DNA of 64,000 bases from Patescibacteria group bacterium (lineage in GTDB: Bacteria > Patescibacteriota > Patescibacteriia > JAQUQO01). The stretch covers positions 632,961 through 696,960 of the forward strand of contig JAQUQO010000001.1 in NCBI GenBank assembly GCA_028716045.1, given 5' to 3'. Under the pieces are notes generated by a model that did not search any database, was not told the origin of the DNA, and saw only the letters and a list, made by a program, of their open reading frames with translations. Below, piece after piece: positions 1 through 10,712 of the stretch (its first letter is position 1; each line of letters opens with the position of its first letter). A program made the translations under genes and the position numbers.

Positions 1-692
1 GTTTTTTATCCAGCGGCAGAGTGCCATTCTTGAAGGCCGACCTTATGTCAGCCAATGCCACTTGCATGGCGCGCATTTTAAAAGTAGCTTTAAAAACTTC
101 CTCGGTCTTTTCTTCAACTGTCCATATGCCGAGAGTTTCAATGTCCCCCTGGGTCTTATCTATCTTGCTTTGGAGTTCACTAATGGCATCGTCTATCATT
201 ATGGGGTAAAATCTTTTGTTTTCCTTTTCCATCTCTTCTTTTTTGTTCCAGACCCACTGATAAACTTTAAAAAAATATTCGGGCTCACTGGCTTTTACCG
301 CAATCATATATTGCTTTGACGTGCTCGGCTTTACTTCTTTAAGATTCTCACAAACGGTTGTCTTTGGAATTGAGTCAGGATTAGAAGGAGGGAGTTGACT
401 GCCAGACAACAACAACTCATCGGGTATTTGGTTTAGAGAAGAGACTGGTCTTACGTTTTCCGAAAAAAAATTAGCTGTCGCTTTCTCTTTTTCAAATTCT
501 TCCTTTTCTTCCTCAAACTTCAGCTGTTCATCATACAATTTTTTCTCTTTATCTTCTAGATTCTGCTCCAATTTTTTTAACCGCTCCTCCCATTTACAAA
601 AATAGATAAGCAGTTTTTCCATTTTCTCCCCGAACTCTTTTTCTAAAGCCGCTAGGACGGCTTCAATGCTGACTTCTTCTTTCTTTGCCATC
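1..692 (-). CDS. Partial CDS running off the window edge. Hypothetical coiled-coil protein with N-terminus MAKKEEVSIEAVLAALEKEFGEKMEKL...; Glu/Lys-rich.
   Basis: Reverse-strand ATG at 690-692 is preceded by an AAAAGGAGGG RBS. The frame stays open to position 1. It is absent from the ORF track because no stop lies in the window. Confidence 0.5.
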
Positions 693-775
693 TTAGAAGC
701 CCTCCTTTTAGCTTGTTTTTGTTAATTTAATTGTCAAAAAACTCTATCGTTTTATTTTAGCACAAAATTTTACCC

Positions 776-804
776 TTGTCAAGATTTCCTTTATATTATA
801 TAAT
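776..804 (+). promoter_or_regulatory. Sigma70-like promoter (TTGTCA-17-TATAAT) upstream of the tRNA-Asp locus.
   Basis: TTGTCA at 776-781, a 17-nt spacer, and TATAAT at 799-804. Confidence 0.5.
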
Positions 805-965
805 AAGAGAAATCGTCAAAATTATACTGGCAATCTTAAGATTAATCTTGGACCCGTGGTGCCTGCCCCGCCGTGACGGGGTCGCGGTTAATCCCGAGTG
901 CTCGGGAACACCGAGAAGATAGAGGGTTCAAGAAATGAAAAGTTGAGAATTAATAGCCCATTCTT

Positions 966-1040
966 GGACCCGTGGTGTAGCGGTTAACATGTCTCCCTGT
1001 CACGGAGAAGATCGAGGGTTCGAATCCCTTCGGGTCCGCC
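966..1040 (+). tRNA. tRNA-Asp (anticodon GTC).
   Basis: Cloverleaf read by eye. Acceptor GGACCCG/CGGGTCC, anticodon loop CTGTCAC, T-loop GGTTCGAATCC, CCA encoded. Confidence 0.9.
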
Positions 1041-1169
1041 AAAAACAACCAACAACTAACAACTGATAACTAACAACTTATGGGCAAAAGCCGAAAGAAG
1101 AAAAATCCTAGCATTGGGGCTAAACTGCCGAAATTAAAAAAGAATAGCCGAAGATACAGATAAAAAATT

Positions 1170-1195
1170 CCCCGATATTTTCGGGGGTTTTTTAT
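1170..1195 (+). terminator. Rho-independent terminator.
   Basis: Hairpin CCCCGATATTTTCGGGGG followed by TTTTTTAT. Confidence 0.7.
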
Positions 1196-1237
1196 TTATC
1201 CCAATCTTGTTATAATAAAGTCAACAACAATTTTTCT

Positions 1238-2119
1238 ATGATTAACTTAAATCAACCGCTATATATTCTGCCGTTTGACCATCGTTCCTCTTTTTATAGT
1301 TCTCTGCTTGGCCTAAAAAAACCGCTCAACAAAAAAGAAAAAAAATTGGTGGCGGATTACAAAGAAATCGTCTTTGACGGTTTTAAAAAAATTTACCAAG
1401 AATATCCAAATAAAAAAAATTTGGGCATACTTATTGATGAAGAATTCGGCGGAAAAATCATCGCCGAATGCCGGAAGAAAAAAATCAATTTCGCCCTAGC
1501 CACGGAAAAAAGCGGACAGGAAATTTTTGATTTTGAATACGGCTCAAATTTCAAAAAACACCTCAAAAAAATCAAACCGACTTTTGCCAAGGCGCTGGTG
1601 CGCTATAATCCGGCTAATAAAAAAATCAACGCGGAGCAAAGAAAAAAACTTAAAGCCCTACATTCGTTCTGTAAAAAAATAAAACTGCCGCTTATCATAG
1701 AGCTCCTTATTGTCCCGACAAAAAATGAACAAACTAAATATAAAAAATCTTTTGACGCTAAAATCCGCCCGCGATTAATCGTCAAAACCATCGGGGAATT
1801 TTATCAAAACGGAATCTCGCCGGAAATCTGGAAATTGGAAGCGATGGAAAAAAAATCCGACTGGCCGAAAATAATCCAAACTATCAAACCAAATTCTAAA
1901 ATAATCGTTCTCGGCCGCGGGGAAAGTTCGGCGAAAGTTAATCGCTGGTTAAAAATCGCCGCTCCGTTTAAAACAAACCTCGGCTTTGCGGTTGGTCGCA
2001 CGGTATTTTTTAAACCACTGAAAGAATATCGCGACGGTAAGATTAAAAAAGTTAGAGCTATTTCTTTAATCGCCCATAACTTTGGAGAATTAATTAAGTT
2101 ATGGGAAAAATACTCATAA
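1238..2119 (+). CDS. Conserved hypothetical protein. Possibly DUF2090/class-I aldolase-like (tagatose/fructose-bisphosphate aldolase-related TIM barrel).
   Basis: Clean 293-aa ORF bounded by terminators on both sides. The N-terminal LPFDHRSSF motif resembles DUF2090/aldolase-like families; that is weak recall. Confidence 0.55.
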   Translation: MINLNQPLYILPFDHRSSFYSSLLGLKKPLNKKEKKLVADYKEIVFDGFKKIYQEYPNKKNLGILIDEEFGGKIIAECRKKKINFALATEKSGQEIFDFEYGSNFKKHLKKIKPTFAKALVRYNPANKKINAEQRKKLKALHSFCKKIKLPLIIELLIVPTKNEQTKYKKSFDAKIRPRLIVKTIGEFYQNGISPEIWKLEAMEKKSDWPKIIQTIKPNSKIIVLGRGESSAKVNRWLKIAAPFKTNLGFAVGRTVFFKPLKEYRDGKIKKVRAISLIAHNFGELIKLWEKYS

Positions 2120-2159
2120 ATTTATTCTAATTTTTTCTAAATCAACTCTATTAAAAAAT

Positions 2160-2189
2160 CCCCGACTATTTCGGGGATTTTTGTTTTTA
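2160..2189 (+). terminator. Rho-independent terminator. Same hairpin family as 1170-1195.
   Basis: CCCCGACTATTTCGGGG followed by ATTTTTGTTTTT. Confidence 0.7.
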
Positions 2190-2198
2190 CGAAAATGA

Positions 2199-2963
2199 CT
2201 ATTCAAATAATTCGTACATTTTTTTAATCGCTTTCTTCTGGGCTCCGCTGCCTTCGGGAGCGCGGTCATAAGCTGTTTGGGCTCCTTCAGCGGTAGCAGC
2301 ATCTTTAACCTCTTTTAACGAAAGCTTATTCCACTTAACCAGGGCTTTCTTTCCTGCTTCGCTGTCGTTGGGAGCTCTGCAGTAAGCTTCTCGGGCTTCT
2401 TCAACGGTAGTAATTTCTTCAACCTTTTTTAACGAAAACTTGTTCCACTTGACCCGGGCTTTCTTTTGTGCTTCGCTGTTGGCGAGAGCTCTGCAGTAAG
2501 CTTCTCGGGCTTCTTCAACAGTAGCAGCATCTTTAACCTCTTTTAACGAAAGCTCGTTCCACTTGACCCGGGCTTTCTTTTGTGCTTCGCTGTTGGCGAG
2601 AGCTCTGCAGTAAGCTTCTCGGGCTTCTTCAACAGTAGCAGCATCTTTAACCTCTTTTAACGAAAGCTTATTCCACTTAACCAGGGCTTTCTTTCCTGCT
2701 TCGCTGTCGTTGGGAGCTCTGTCGTAATAAGCTTTTCGGGCTTCTTCAACGGTAGTAATTTCTTCAACCTTTTTTAACGAAAGCTCGTTCCACTTGGCCA
2801 AGGCTTTTTGTGCTTCGCTGTCGTTGGAAACTCTGTAGTAAGCTTCTCGGGCTTCTTCAACGGTAGTAATTTCTTCAATACCAAGCACTTTCTTAATTTC
2901 AGCGAGAGGTATCCCGGTCTTTTGGCTCAATCTCTCTGCCTTTTTCACATCAAACCGTTTCAT
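2199..2963 (-). CDS. Tandem-repeat protein: about seven 38-aa helical repeats (KWNELSLKEVKDAATVEEAREAYCRALANSEAQKKARV) after a short N-terminal domain.
   Basis: Strong RBS AGGAGGAAACAAA upstream of the ATG. The underlying 114-bp DNA units are near-identical; 2455-2568 and 2569-2682 are essentially perfect copies. Promoter TTGACA-18-TATAGT at 3037-3066 (minus). Confidence 0.8.
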   Translation of the reverse strand: MKRFDVKKAERLSQKTGIPLAEIKKVLGIEEITTVEEAREAYYRVSNDSEAQKALAKWNELSLKKVEEITTVEEARKAYYDRAPNDSEAGKKALVKWNKLSLKEVKDAATVEEAREAYCRALANSEAQKKARVKWNELSLKEVKDAATVEEAREAYCRALANSEAQKKARVKWNKFSLKKVEEITTVEEAREAYCRAPNDSEAGKKALVKWNKLSLKEVKDAATAEGAQTAYDRAPEGSGAQKKAIKKMYELFE

Positions 2964-3036
2964 TTTGTTTCCTCCTATGTTTAATTGATTATTATTATTA
3001 AAAAGTGCTATAACTATTCAAACTAGTTAGTTAGCA

Positions 3037-3066
3037 ACTATAACACAAACTCTAAAATATGTCAAG
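3037..3066 (-). promoter_or_regulatory. Sigma70-like promoter for the repeat-protein gene.
   Basis: Minus strand reads TTGACATATTTTAGAGTTTGTGTTATAGT. Confidence 0.5.
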
Positions 3067-3096
3067 CCCAATGGTATATTTATTAATATAAAAGTA

Positions 3097-3127
3097 GAGA
3101 CGCGGCAATGCCCCGTCTCTACTGCGA
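3097..3127 (-). terminator. Rho-independent terminator downstream of gpmI.
   Basis: 9-bp stem GTAGAGACG...CGTCTCTAC followed by a T-run on the minus strand. Confidence 0.65.
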
Positions 3128-3150
3128 TAAAATATAATTTTCAATATAAT

Positions 3151-4731
3151 CTACTCCAACAAATTTGTGCCTGTCATTTCTTTGGCCAAGGGCAAGCCGA
3201 TTTGGGAAAGCAGAGTCGGCGCCACATCGGAAAGAACACCAATCGGAGAATTGACCGAAAGGTCTTTGCTTTCCGCCGGTAAAATTATTTTCCCTTCGTG
3301 TTTACTGCTGACGGTGATAAACGGCACAGGATAGACGCTATGTTCCTTATCCGGCTTTTGGGTTTGTAAATTAACCAATTCCTCGGCATTACCATGGTCG
3401 CCGACAATAAACACTATTCCTCCCCTACCCACCGCTTCACTCACCACCCGTTCAACGCATTTGTCCACCGTTTCTATGGCTTTAATCGTTGCCGCTAAAT
3501 TGCCGGTATGGCCGACCATATCCGGATTAGCATAATTAATCGCGATAAAATCATATTTATCTGCTTTGATGGCTTTAACGAGATTATCGGTCACTTCCAC
3601 GGCGGACATCTCTGGCTGGGTGTCATAATTCGTTACTGCCGGAGAAGGAATCAAAATTCTTTCTTCGCCGGCAAATTTCTCTTCTTGCAGGCCATTGAGG
3701 AAAAAAGTAACGTGGGCATACTTTTCGGTTTCGGCAATGTGCAGCTGCTTTAACTTATGGTCGCTGAAAATCTTAGCCAAAGGATTTTTGATAATTTGCG
3801 GCAGAAAAACGACTTCCACGGGCAAACCCTTTTTATATTCCACAAAGGTAACAAAGGTCAGGCCTTTCAAAAATTCTTTTTCAAATTCTTTAAATTCCGG
3901 CTCCACAAACGTTTCGGTTAATTGGCGGGCGCGGTCGGCGCGGTAGTTAAAAAATATTACCGCGTCATTTTTATCAATGGTCGCCAAAGGATTATCTTTA
4001 CGGTCGGTGATAACAACCGGAACAAATTCCTCATCAAAAACTTCATTTTTATAGGACTCTTCAATGGCTTTAAGGGGGTCGTTGATTTTTTTCTCGGCTT
4101 CGCCCAAAGCAATGGCCCGGTAGGCCTTTTCAATTCTATCCCAATTGCTGTTTCTATCCATAGCGTAAAAGCGGCCGGAAACAGAAGCCACTTCGGCTTT
4201 GACTTTTTTGGCCTGGCCTAAAATTTCCTTCATAAATCCTTTGCCAGAATCTTTGGCGCTGTCGCGGCCATCCAAAAAAGCATGGATAAACACTTTGCCT
4301 TTCAATTTATTTTTTTTACAAAAATCCAGAAGTGCGTAAAGATGCCTTTGGTGAGCGTGGACGCCGCCGTTGCCGATTAACCCCAAAAGATGGAGTTTGG
4401 AATCGTGCTTTTTAACTTTCTCCACCGCTTTCATTAAATTGGGCTCTTTGAAAAAATCTCCGGATTCAATGGATTTGTCAATGCGCGGCAAACTTTGGTA
4501 AAGCAATGCCCCGGAACCGATATTAACATGGCCCACTTCAGAATTGCCCACTTCTCCCCAAGGCAAGCCCACATTAAGGCCCGCAGCCTCAAGCAGCATG
4601 GTGGGATAATTTTTAATCAACTTATCTAAAAAGGGCGTCTGGGCCGACCAAACGGCGTTGGTTTTATCAGGCGGAGCAATGCCAAATCCGTCCAAAATCA
4701 TGAGAACCGCCGGCTTAAACTTCAAACCCAT
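3151..4731 (-). CDS. gpmI: 2,3-bisphosphoglycerate-independent phosphoglycerate mutase.
   Basis: 526 aa. The N-terminal VLMILDGFG...NSEVGHVNIG metal-binding motifs are typical of iPGM. Confidence 0.95.
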   Translation of the reverse strand: MGLKFKPAVLMILDGFGIAPPDKTNAVWSAQTPFLDKLIKNYPTMLLEAAGLNVGLPWGEVGNSEVGHVNIGSGALLYQSLPRIDKSIESGDFFKEPNLMKAVEKVKKHDSKLHLLGLIGNGGVHAHQRHLYALLDFCKKNKLKGKVFIHAFLDGRDSAKDSGKGFMKEILGQAKKVKAEVASVSGRFYAMDRNSNWDRIEKAYRAIALGEAEKKINDPLKAIEESYKNEVFDEEFVPVVITDRKDNPLATIDKNDAVIFFNYRADRARQLTETFVEPEFKEFEKEFLKGLTFVTFVEYKKGLPVEVVFLPQIIKNPLAKIFSDHKLKQLHIAETEKYAHVTFFLNGLQEEKFAGEERILIPSPAVTNYDTQPEMSAVEVTDNLVKAIKADKYDFIAINYANPDMVGHTGNLAATIKAIETVDKCVERVVSEAVGRGGIVFIVGDHGNAEELVNLQTQKPDKEHSVYPVPFITVSSKHEGKIILPAESKDLSVNSPIGVLSDVAPTLLSQIGLPLAKEMTGTNLLE

Positions 4732-4743
4732 ATATATATAAAA

Positions 4744-4977
4744 TTATTTTTTAAACTTGGAAAAAATATCCCCTATCTTTTTGTCGGTCTCTTCCAAATC
4801 AGTTACAATTTGTTTCTTCTTATAATCATCCGCTTCTTTTTCATAATTTACCACCAACATATTGCGGTCATAGATAATATTGGTCACCGCCGGCAAAATC
4901 TTCATTTTTAAATCAGGGTCTTTGATGTTATGTTCTTTAAAATATTGCTCAATTGATTTTTGCTCTAATTTTGGCAT
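4744..4977 (-). CDS. Small hypothetical protein (77 aa).
   Basis: ORF with a plausible upstream TATAAT on the minus strand (about 4985-5005) and a weak RBS. Bracketed by the gpmI stop and the terminator at 5027-5058. Confidence 0.4.
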   Translation of the reverse strand: MPKLEQKSIEQYFKEHNIKDPDLKMKILPAVTNIIYDRNMLVVNYEKEADDYKKKQIVTDLEETDKKIGDIFSKFKK

Positions 4978-5067
4978 AAGTGATATTTATTTGTCTTTCT
5001 TTAATTATACCTGAATTTTGACCAAAAGAAAAAGCCCCAAGCAGTTGCTTGGGGCTTTAAAGCCGAA

Positions 5068-5349
5068 TTAATTAGTTTTCGGCCAGTCATTGATGAGCGT
5101 TTGGAGAGCGTCAAGGGGTTTTTCGAGCTTAAACTTATTTCTTTTAAGTCCTAGCCCTTTTGCCCGAGGTGGCGAGATAATAAGCCACCACTGGCCGGCT
5201 CCATCGGGAGCTAACATACAAGGCCCCTTGATTTTTTCCTGAATCTCTTCCTTCATTTGGCGAATTTTTGTTGCCTCGGAAATTTCTTTCTTTCCCGCTT
5301 TTTTCTTCTTGCCCTTACTCTCCGGCGAGCGCTCAAGTTCTACTGTCAT
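5068..5349 (-). CDS. Hypothetical Lys-rich protein (93 aa).
   Basis: Good RBS (GGAGG) 8 nt upstream of the ATG. Downstream GC hairpin terminator at 5027-5058. Confidence 0.6.
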   Translation of the reverse strand: MTVELERSPESKGKKKKAGKKEISEATKIRQMKEEIQEKIKGPCMLAPDGAGQWWLIISPPRAKGLGLKRNKFKLEKPLDALQTLINDWPKTN

Positions 5350-5469
5350 TCGTTTTACCTCCGTTTTTGGTTAAAACATTTTTCAAGAGACACAAAAAAC
5401 ATCCTACTACAAACCCTAAAATATGTCAATTATTATTACTGAAAACCATTAAAATCCCTTCAAAATCGG

Positions 5470-6912
5470 CTATTGAATAGTTTTAATGCCTATTAAATTA
5501 ACGTTTCCCGAAATGCCCATGTGCTCGCCGCTTAAAATCATAATCTTATCTCCCTTTTTCATCTGGCGATTCTTTTTCAAATATCCAATGGCTTTAACCG
5601 TGAATTCTTCTAAACTGCGGCATTTTGGTAAGACAAAAGGAATTACGCTATAAGATAAATTCAGTTGCCTCATTACCCTCTCGGAATTTGTGGCGACAAA
5701 AATCGGAAGTTCAGAACGATGGCGCGCCAAAAGCCGCGCGGTATTGCCGGTCAGCGACGCGGCTAAAATTAATTTAATATCCAAGGTGTGCGATAAAATC
5801 GCGGCAACGTTGCTTAGAGCTTCACTTACCGTATTATCTTCTTTTCCTTTTGATTCATATTCCAACAAATCATCATACTGCGAGTCCTCGGTTTCACCGG
5901 CTATTTTAGACATCATCCGTACCGCTTCCACCGGATATTTGCCCATCGCCGATTCGCCGGAAAGCATAATGGCATCAGTGTGGTCGATAACGGCGTTAGC
6001 CACGTCCGACACTTCGGCGCGAGTCGGCCGCGGATTGCGCATCATGGAATCCAGCATCTGGGTGGCGACAATCACGGGCTTGGCGGCCTGCAAACATTTT
6101 TTGATAATCATTTTTTGGAGCAAGGGCACGTCCTCGGCCGGCGTTTCAATTCCTAAATCGCCGCGCGCTATCATTACCGCGTCAGCCGCGGCGATTATTT
6201 CATTTATATTTCTAATCGCCTCGTGTTTTTCTATTTTTACCACTATTTTAAGCGGCGGCTGATTTTTTATTTTTAATTCCTTTTCATATTTTTCTATCAA
6301 ACGGCGCAGGGCGAAAATATCCTTGGCAGTTTTGACAAAAGACAAGGCAATAAAATCCACGCCCGTCTTCACGCCGAACCGAGCGTCGGCGGCGTCTTTT
6401 TTAGTAATCGCCGGAATTGATAAACTGGCGTTGGGCAAATTAATTCCTTTGTGAGAAATTAAAGTGCCGCCGACAATGACTTCGCAAAAGATGTCCTGCC
6501 CGCTGACTTTTAACACTTTCAATTCTAAGAGGCCGTCATCTAAAAGTAATGTCGTTCCGGGACGGACGTCCCGATGAAGTAATTTGTAATCAACCGGAAT
6601 TTTATTTTTTAAATTAGCTGAATTTAGATTGGTCGTCAAAACCACTTTTGAGCCCCTTCTCAAGATTACGCCCTTTTTAGGCAATCCGCCCACGCGGATT
6701 TTCGGGCCCTGTAAATCCTGGAGTGTGGCAATCGGCTGATTTAATTTTTTGGCCACTGTCCGGATATTTTTAATAAGCTGGGCGTGATTTTTATAAGTGC
6801 CGTGGGAAAAATTCAAACGCGCGACGTTCATCCCCGCTTTGACCATTTTTTCCAGAATTTGTATTTTTTCCGAGGCCGGACCGATGGTGCAGACAATCTT
6901 GGTGCGCTTCAT
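5470..6912 (-). CDS. pyk: Pyruvate kinase.
   Basis: 480 aa. N-terminal MKRTKIVCTIGPAS...NFSHG, plus conserved PK barrel and C-terminal domains. Confidence 0.95.
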   Translation of the reverse strand: MKRTKIVCTIGPASEKIQILEKMVKAGMNVARLNFSHGTYKNHAQLIKNIRTVAKKLNQPIATLQDLQGPKIRVGGLPKKGVILRRGSKVVLTTNLNSANLKNKIPVDYKLLHRDVRPGTTLLLDDGLLELKVLKVSGQDIFCEVIVGGTLISHKGINLPNASLSIPAITKKDAADARFGVKTGVDFIALSFVKTAKDIFALRRLIEKYEKELKIKNQPPLKIVVKIEKHEAIRNINEIIAAADAVMIARGDLGIETPAEDVPLLQKMIIKKCLQAAKPVIVATQMLDSMMRNPRPTRAEVSDVANAVIDHTDAIMLSGESAMGKYPVEAVRMMSKIAGETEDSQYDDLLEYESKGKEDNTVSEALSNVAAILSHTLDIKLILAASLTGNTARLLARHRSELPIFVATNSERVMRQLNLSYSVIPFVLPKCRSLEEFTVKAIGYLKKNRQMKKGDKIMILSGEHMGISGNVNLIGIKTIQ

Positions 6913-6921
6913 ATTTATTAA

Positions 6922-7248
6922 TTATAAATTGATTTTTTTGGCGTATTGGCCAAGAAACGGCAATTCCCAAGATTCGCCGGTTAAAGCTTTAATCAGGCCA
7001 ACAAGAGAGAAGATAACTAAAATAAAACTGCCGAAAATCGCGATAAGCCAGCCCAAAAAAGGAATCCAGCCCACCATCACTAAAAAAACCCAAGCCACAA
7101 AAAGCACCATACCTTGCTTGCCGTGAAATTGGCAAAACGGGCTGTCTTTTTTGGCTAAAAGCGGAATCAAAAATAAAATCCAAATATAGCCGATGGCGGC
7201 TAATACCTTATTGTCTTCAATGTCTTTGTTAATTGGCTGATTATCCAT
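6922..7248 (-). CDS. Small integral membrane protein. DUF4870-like; that is recall.
   Basis: 108 aa with two or three hydrophobic helices. 10 bp downstream of the pyk start, so likely co-transcribed. Confidence 0.6.
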   Translation of the reverse strand: MDNQPINKDIEDNKVLAAIGYIWILFLIPLLAKKDSPFCQFHGKQGMVLFVAWVFLVMVGWIPFLGWLIAIFGSFILVIFSLVGLIKALTGESWELPFLGQYAKKINL

Positions 7249-7305
7249 AAATTTTGTTATTATTTATCTATTTTTTAAATTATATCATATTTAAAAATAA
7301 AAAAC

Positions 7306-7336
7306 CACGGATTAGAAATAACCCGTGGTTAAGGGT
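7306..7336. terminator. Bidirectional hairpin terminator.
   Basis: ACCACGG...CCGTGGT stem flanked by an A-run and a T-run. Confidence 0.5.
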
Positions 7337-7367
7337 AAGGTAATTTTAGTTAACGAAAGAAACGACT

Positions 7368-7601
7368 TTACCCCTCTTCTTCATAGCTATTTAGCCACTT
7401 TTGGAATTCTGGAGAATTGGTGTCATCAGAAGAATTTCCCTCTTGCAGGTTTTTTTGCCATTTTCCATACGATTCCACCATCTCTCTTTTTGTTTCGATA
7501 GAAAGGGGTTTAAGAATATCTTCGGAATTAGTATTGCAAGCACAGCCTTTAATTTTTTTAAACCTTTCTTCTACCTCCGCATCGGTTAATTTTCCCGCCA
7601 T
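7368..7601 (-). CDS. Small hypothetical protein (78 aa, MAGKLTDAEVEERFKKIKGCACNTNSED...).
   Basis: The long ORF-track entry 7368..8078 overlaps the SPFH gene. An internal ATG at 7599-7601 has an excellent RBS (ATAGGAGGAACTAAG), so only this C-terminal portion is called. Confidence 0.5.
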   Translation of the reverse strand: MAGKLTDAEVEERFKKIKGCACNTNSEDILKPLSIETKREMVESYGKWQKNLQEGNSSDDTNSPEFQKWLNSYEEEG

Positions 7602-7689
7602 CTTAGTTCCTCCTATATTTGGGTTAAAATGAACTATTTTTCTATTTTTAGTATATCCCTTTGATAAATCAACGTCAACATCCTGCGGC

Positions 7690-7718
7690 TTGCCAGCGCT
7701 CGCCAATTCCCTTATAAT
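7690..7718 (+). promoter_or_regulatory. Sigma70-like promoter (TTGCCA-17-TATAAT) for the SPFH gene.
   Basis: TTGCCA at 7690-7695 and TATAAT at 7713-7718. Confidence 0.5.
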
Positions 7719-7745
7719 AAAGTGGCTAATTAATAAATCAATTTT

Positions 7746-8495
7746 ATGGATGTATTTTTGTGGATTATTGCCATTATCGTCTTTATCATCCTCGTTTCCC
7801 TGCGCCAAATCAACCAATACCAACGGGGAGTTAAATTCCTTATGGGCAGATACCAGCGGACGGAAAATCCCGGCTGGCGCATCGTGATTCCGATTTTTCA
7901 GCAGATGAAGAAAGTTGATATGCGCGTTAAAGCCGTGGATGTGCCCAATCAGGAAGCTATTACTAAAGACAATGTTTCCTGCCAAATCAACGCCGTTATT
8001 TATTACAAGGTCTCCGATGCCGCCAAAGCCATTATTGAAGTGGAAAATTTTTACTACGCCGTATCGCAATTGGCGCAAACCACCATGAGAAATGTGGTGG
8101 GTGAAGTTGACCTTGACGAACTATTGTCGCAAAGAGAAAAAATCTCCCAGCGAATCAAGGAAATTGTTGATATGGCCTCCGACCCTTGGGGAATCAAAGT
8201 TGATAACGTGGAGCTAAAAGATATTTTGCTGCCGGAAGACATGAAACGCACCATCGCCAAACAGGCCGAGGCCGAGCGCGAAAAACGCGCGGTCATCATC
8301 AAGGCCGAAGGAGAAGTTCTTGCCGCTGAAAATATGTCCAAGGCCGCCAATATACTTTCTTCCGCCAATGGCGCCCTGCATTTGCGCACGCTCCAATCCA
8401 TTAACGACATCAGCTCTGACCAATCCAATACCGTGGTCTTTGCCGTGCCGCTGGAAATTTTAAGGGCTTTTGAAAAAATGGGTAAAAAAGAATAG
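7746..8495 (+). CDS. SPFH/band-7 (stomatin/prohibitin-like) membrane protein.
   Basis: N-terminal TM helix followed by an SPFH domain (QYQRGVKFLMGRY...VDMRVK...) and a C-terminal coiled coil. Confidence 0.9.
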   Translation: MDVFLWIIAIIVFIILVSLRQINQYQRGVKFLMGRYQRTENPGWRIVIPIFQQMKKVDMRVKAVDVPNQEAITKDNVSCQINAVIYYKVSDAAKAIIEVENFYYAVSQLAQTTMRNVVGEVDLDELLSQREKISQRIKEIVDMASDPWGIKVDNVELKDILLPEDMKRTIAKQAEAEREKRAVIIKAEGEVLAAENMSKAANILSSANGALHLRTLQSINDISSDQSNTVVFAVPLEILRAFEKMGKKE

Positions 8496-8517
8496 TTTTC
8501 TCCGATTAAAATAAAAA

Positions 8518-8551
8518 TAGGCGAGGTCGCACGACCTCGCCTATTTTTTTT
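8518..8551. terminator. Bidirectional rho-independent terminator between the SPFH gene and groEL.
   Basis: TAGGCGAGGTCGcacGACCTCGCCTA flanked by an A-run and TTTTTTTT. Confidence 0.8.
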
Positions 8552-8575
8552 ATTCTAAATTCTAGATTCCTAATT

Positions 8576-10252
<1,677 letters not shown>

Positions 10253-10346
10253 TTATTTTTAACTACTAAATTTAGTAAAGATATATTTTTTATTAATTTT
10301 AAATTCGCTTCTTGTTCGCTTTTAATTCATTTAACATTCGCAATCA

Positions 10347-10637
10347 TTATTCTATTACCGCTAAAATATCGCTTTCAGCGAGAATTAAAAAAGTTTCTTT
10401 CTCAATTTTCACTTCGTCCGGAGAATACTTCTTAAACATTACCTTATCACCAACTTTAACCTGTAGCGGCGCGCGGTTGCCGTTATCCAATAATTTACCG
10501 GGGCCGACAGCGATAATCTCGCCCTTTTCCGGTTTTTCCTTTTCCACGGTGTCTGGCAAAACAATCCCGCTCTTGGTGGTCTCCTCCTCGTTTAGAGGTT
10601 TAACGATTAAGTGGTCATTTAATGGTTTTAACTTCAT
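10347..10637 (-). CDS. groS: Co-chaperonin GroES (Cpn10).
   Basis: 96 aa. MKLKPLNDHLIVKPLNEEETTKSGIVLPDT..., directly upstream of groEL. Confidence 0.95.
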   Translation of the reverse strand: MKLKPLNDHLIVKPLNEEETTKSGIVLPDTVEKEKPEKGEIIAVGPGKLLDNGNRAPLQVKVGDKVMFKKYSPDEVKIEKETFLILAESDILAVIE

Positions 10638-10712
10638 ATTTTTTAACTCCCTTGCCCCCTCACCACGGCGAGATAGGCAAATTATTTATTTTAAACTATT
10701 ATGGTGTATCTT

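Noticed and set aside
2281-2900. Regular 114-bp DNA repeats, which might look like a CRISPR array at first glance.
   Set aside because: The repeats are contiguous with no spacers, lie in one continuous reading frame and translate to a 38-aa protein repeat. No cas genes are nearby. This is a coding tandem repeat, not a CRISPR array.
3508-4221. Three plus-strand ORFs (81-99 aa) antisense within gpmI.
   Set aside because: They lie entirely within a highly conserved enzyme gene on the opposite strand. They have no RBS, and their composition is that of an antisense reading frame.
7368-8078. 236-aa minus-strand ORF from the track that overlaps the SPFH gene.
   Set aside because: About 330 bp of it lie antisense to a well-supported SPFH/band-7 gene, and the overlapping portion has no motifs. 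Only the C-terminal 78 codons (7368-7601), which have their own strong RBS, were retained.
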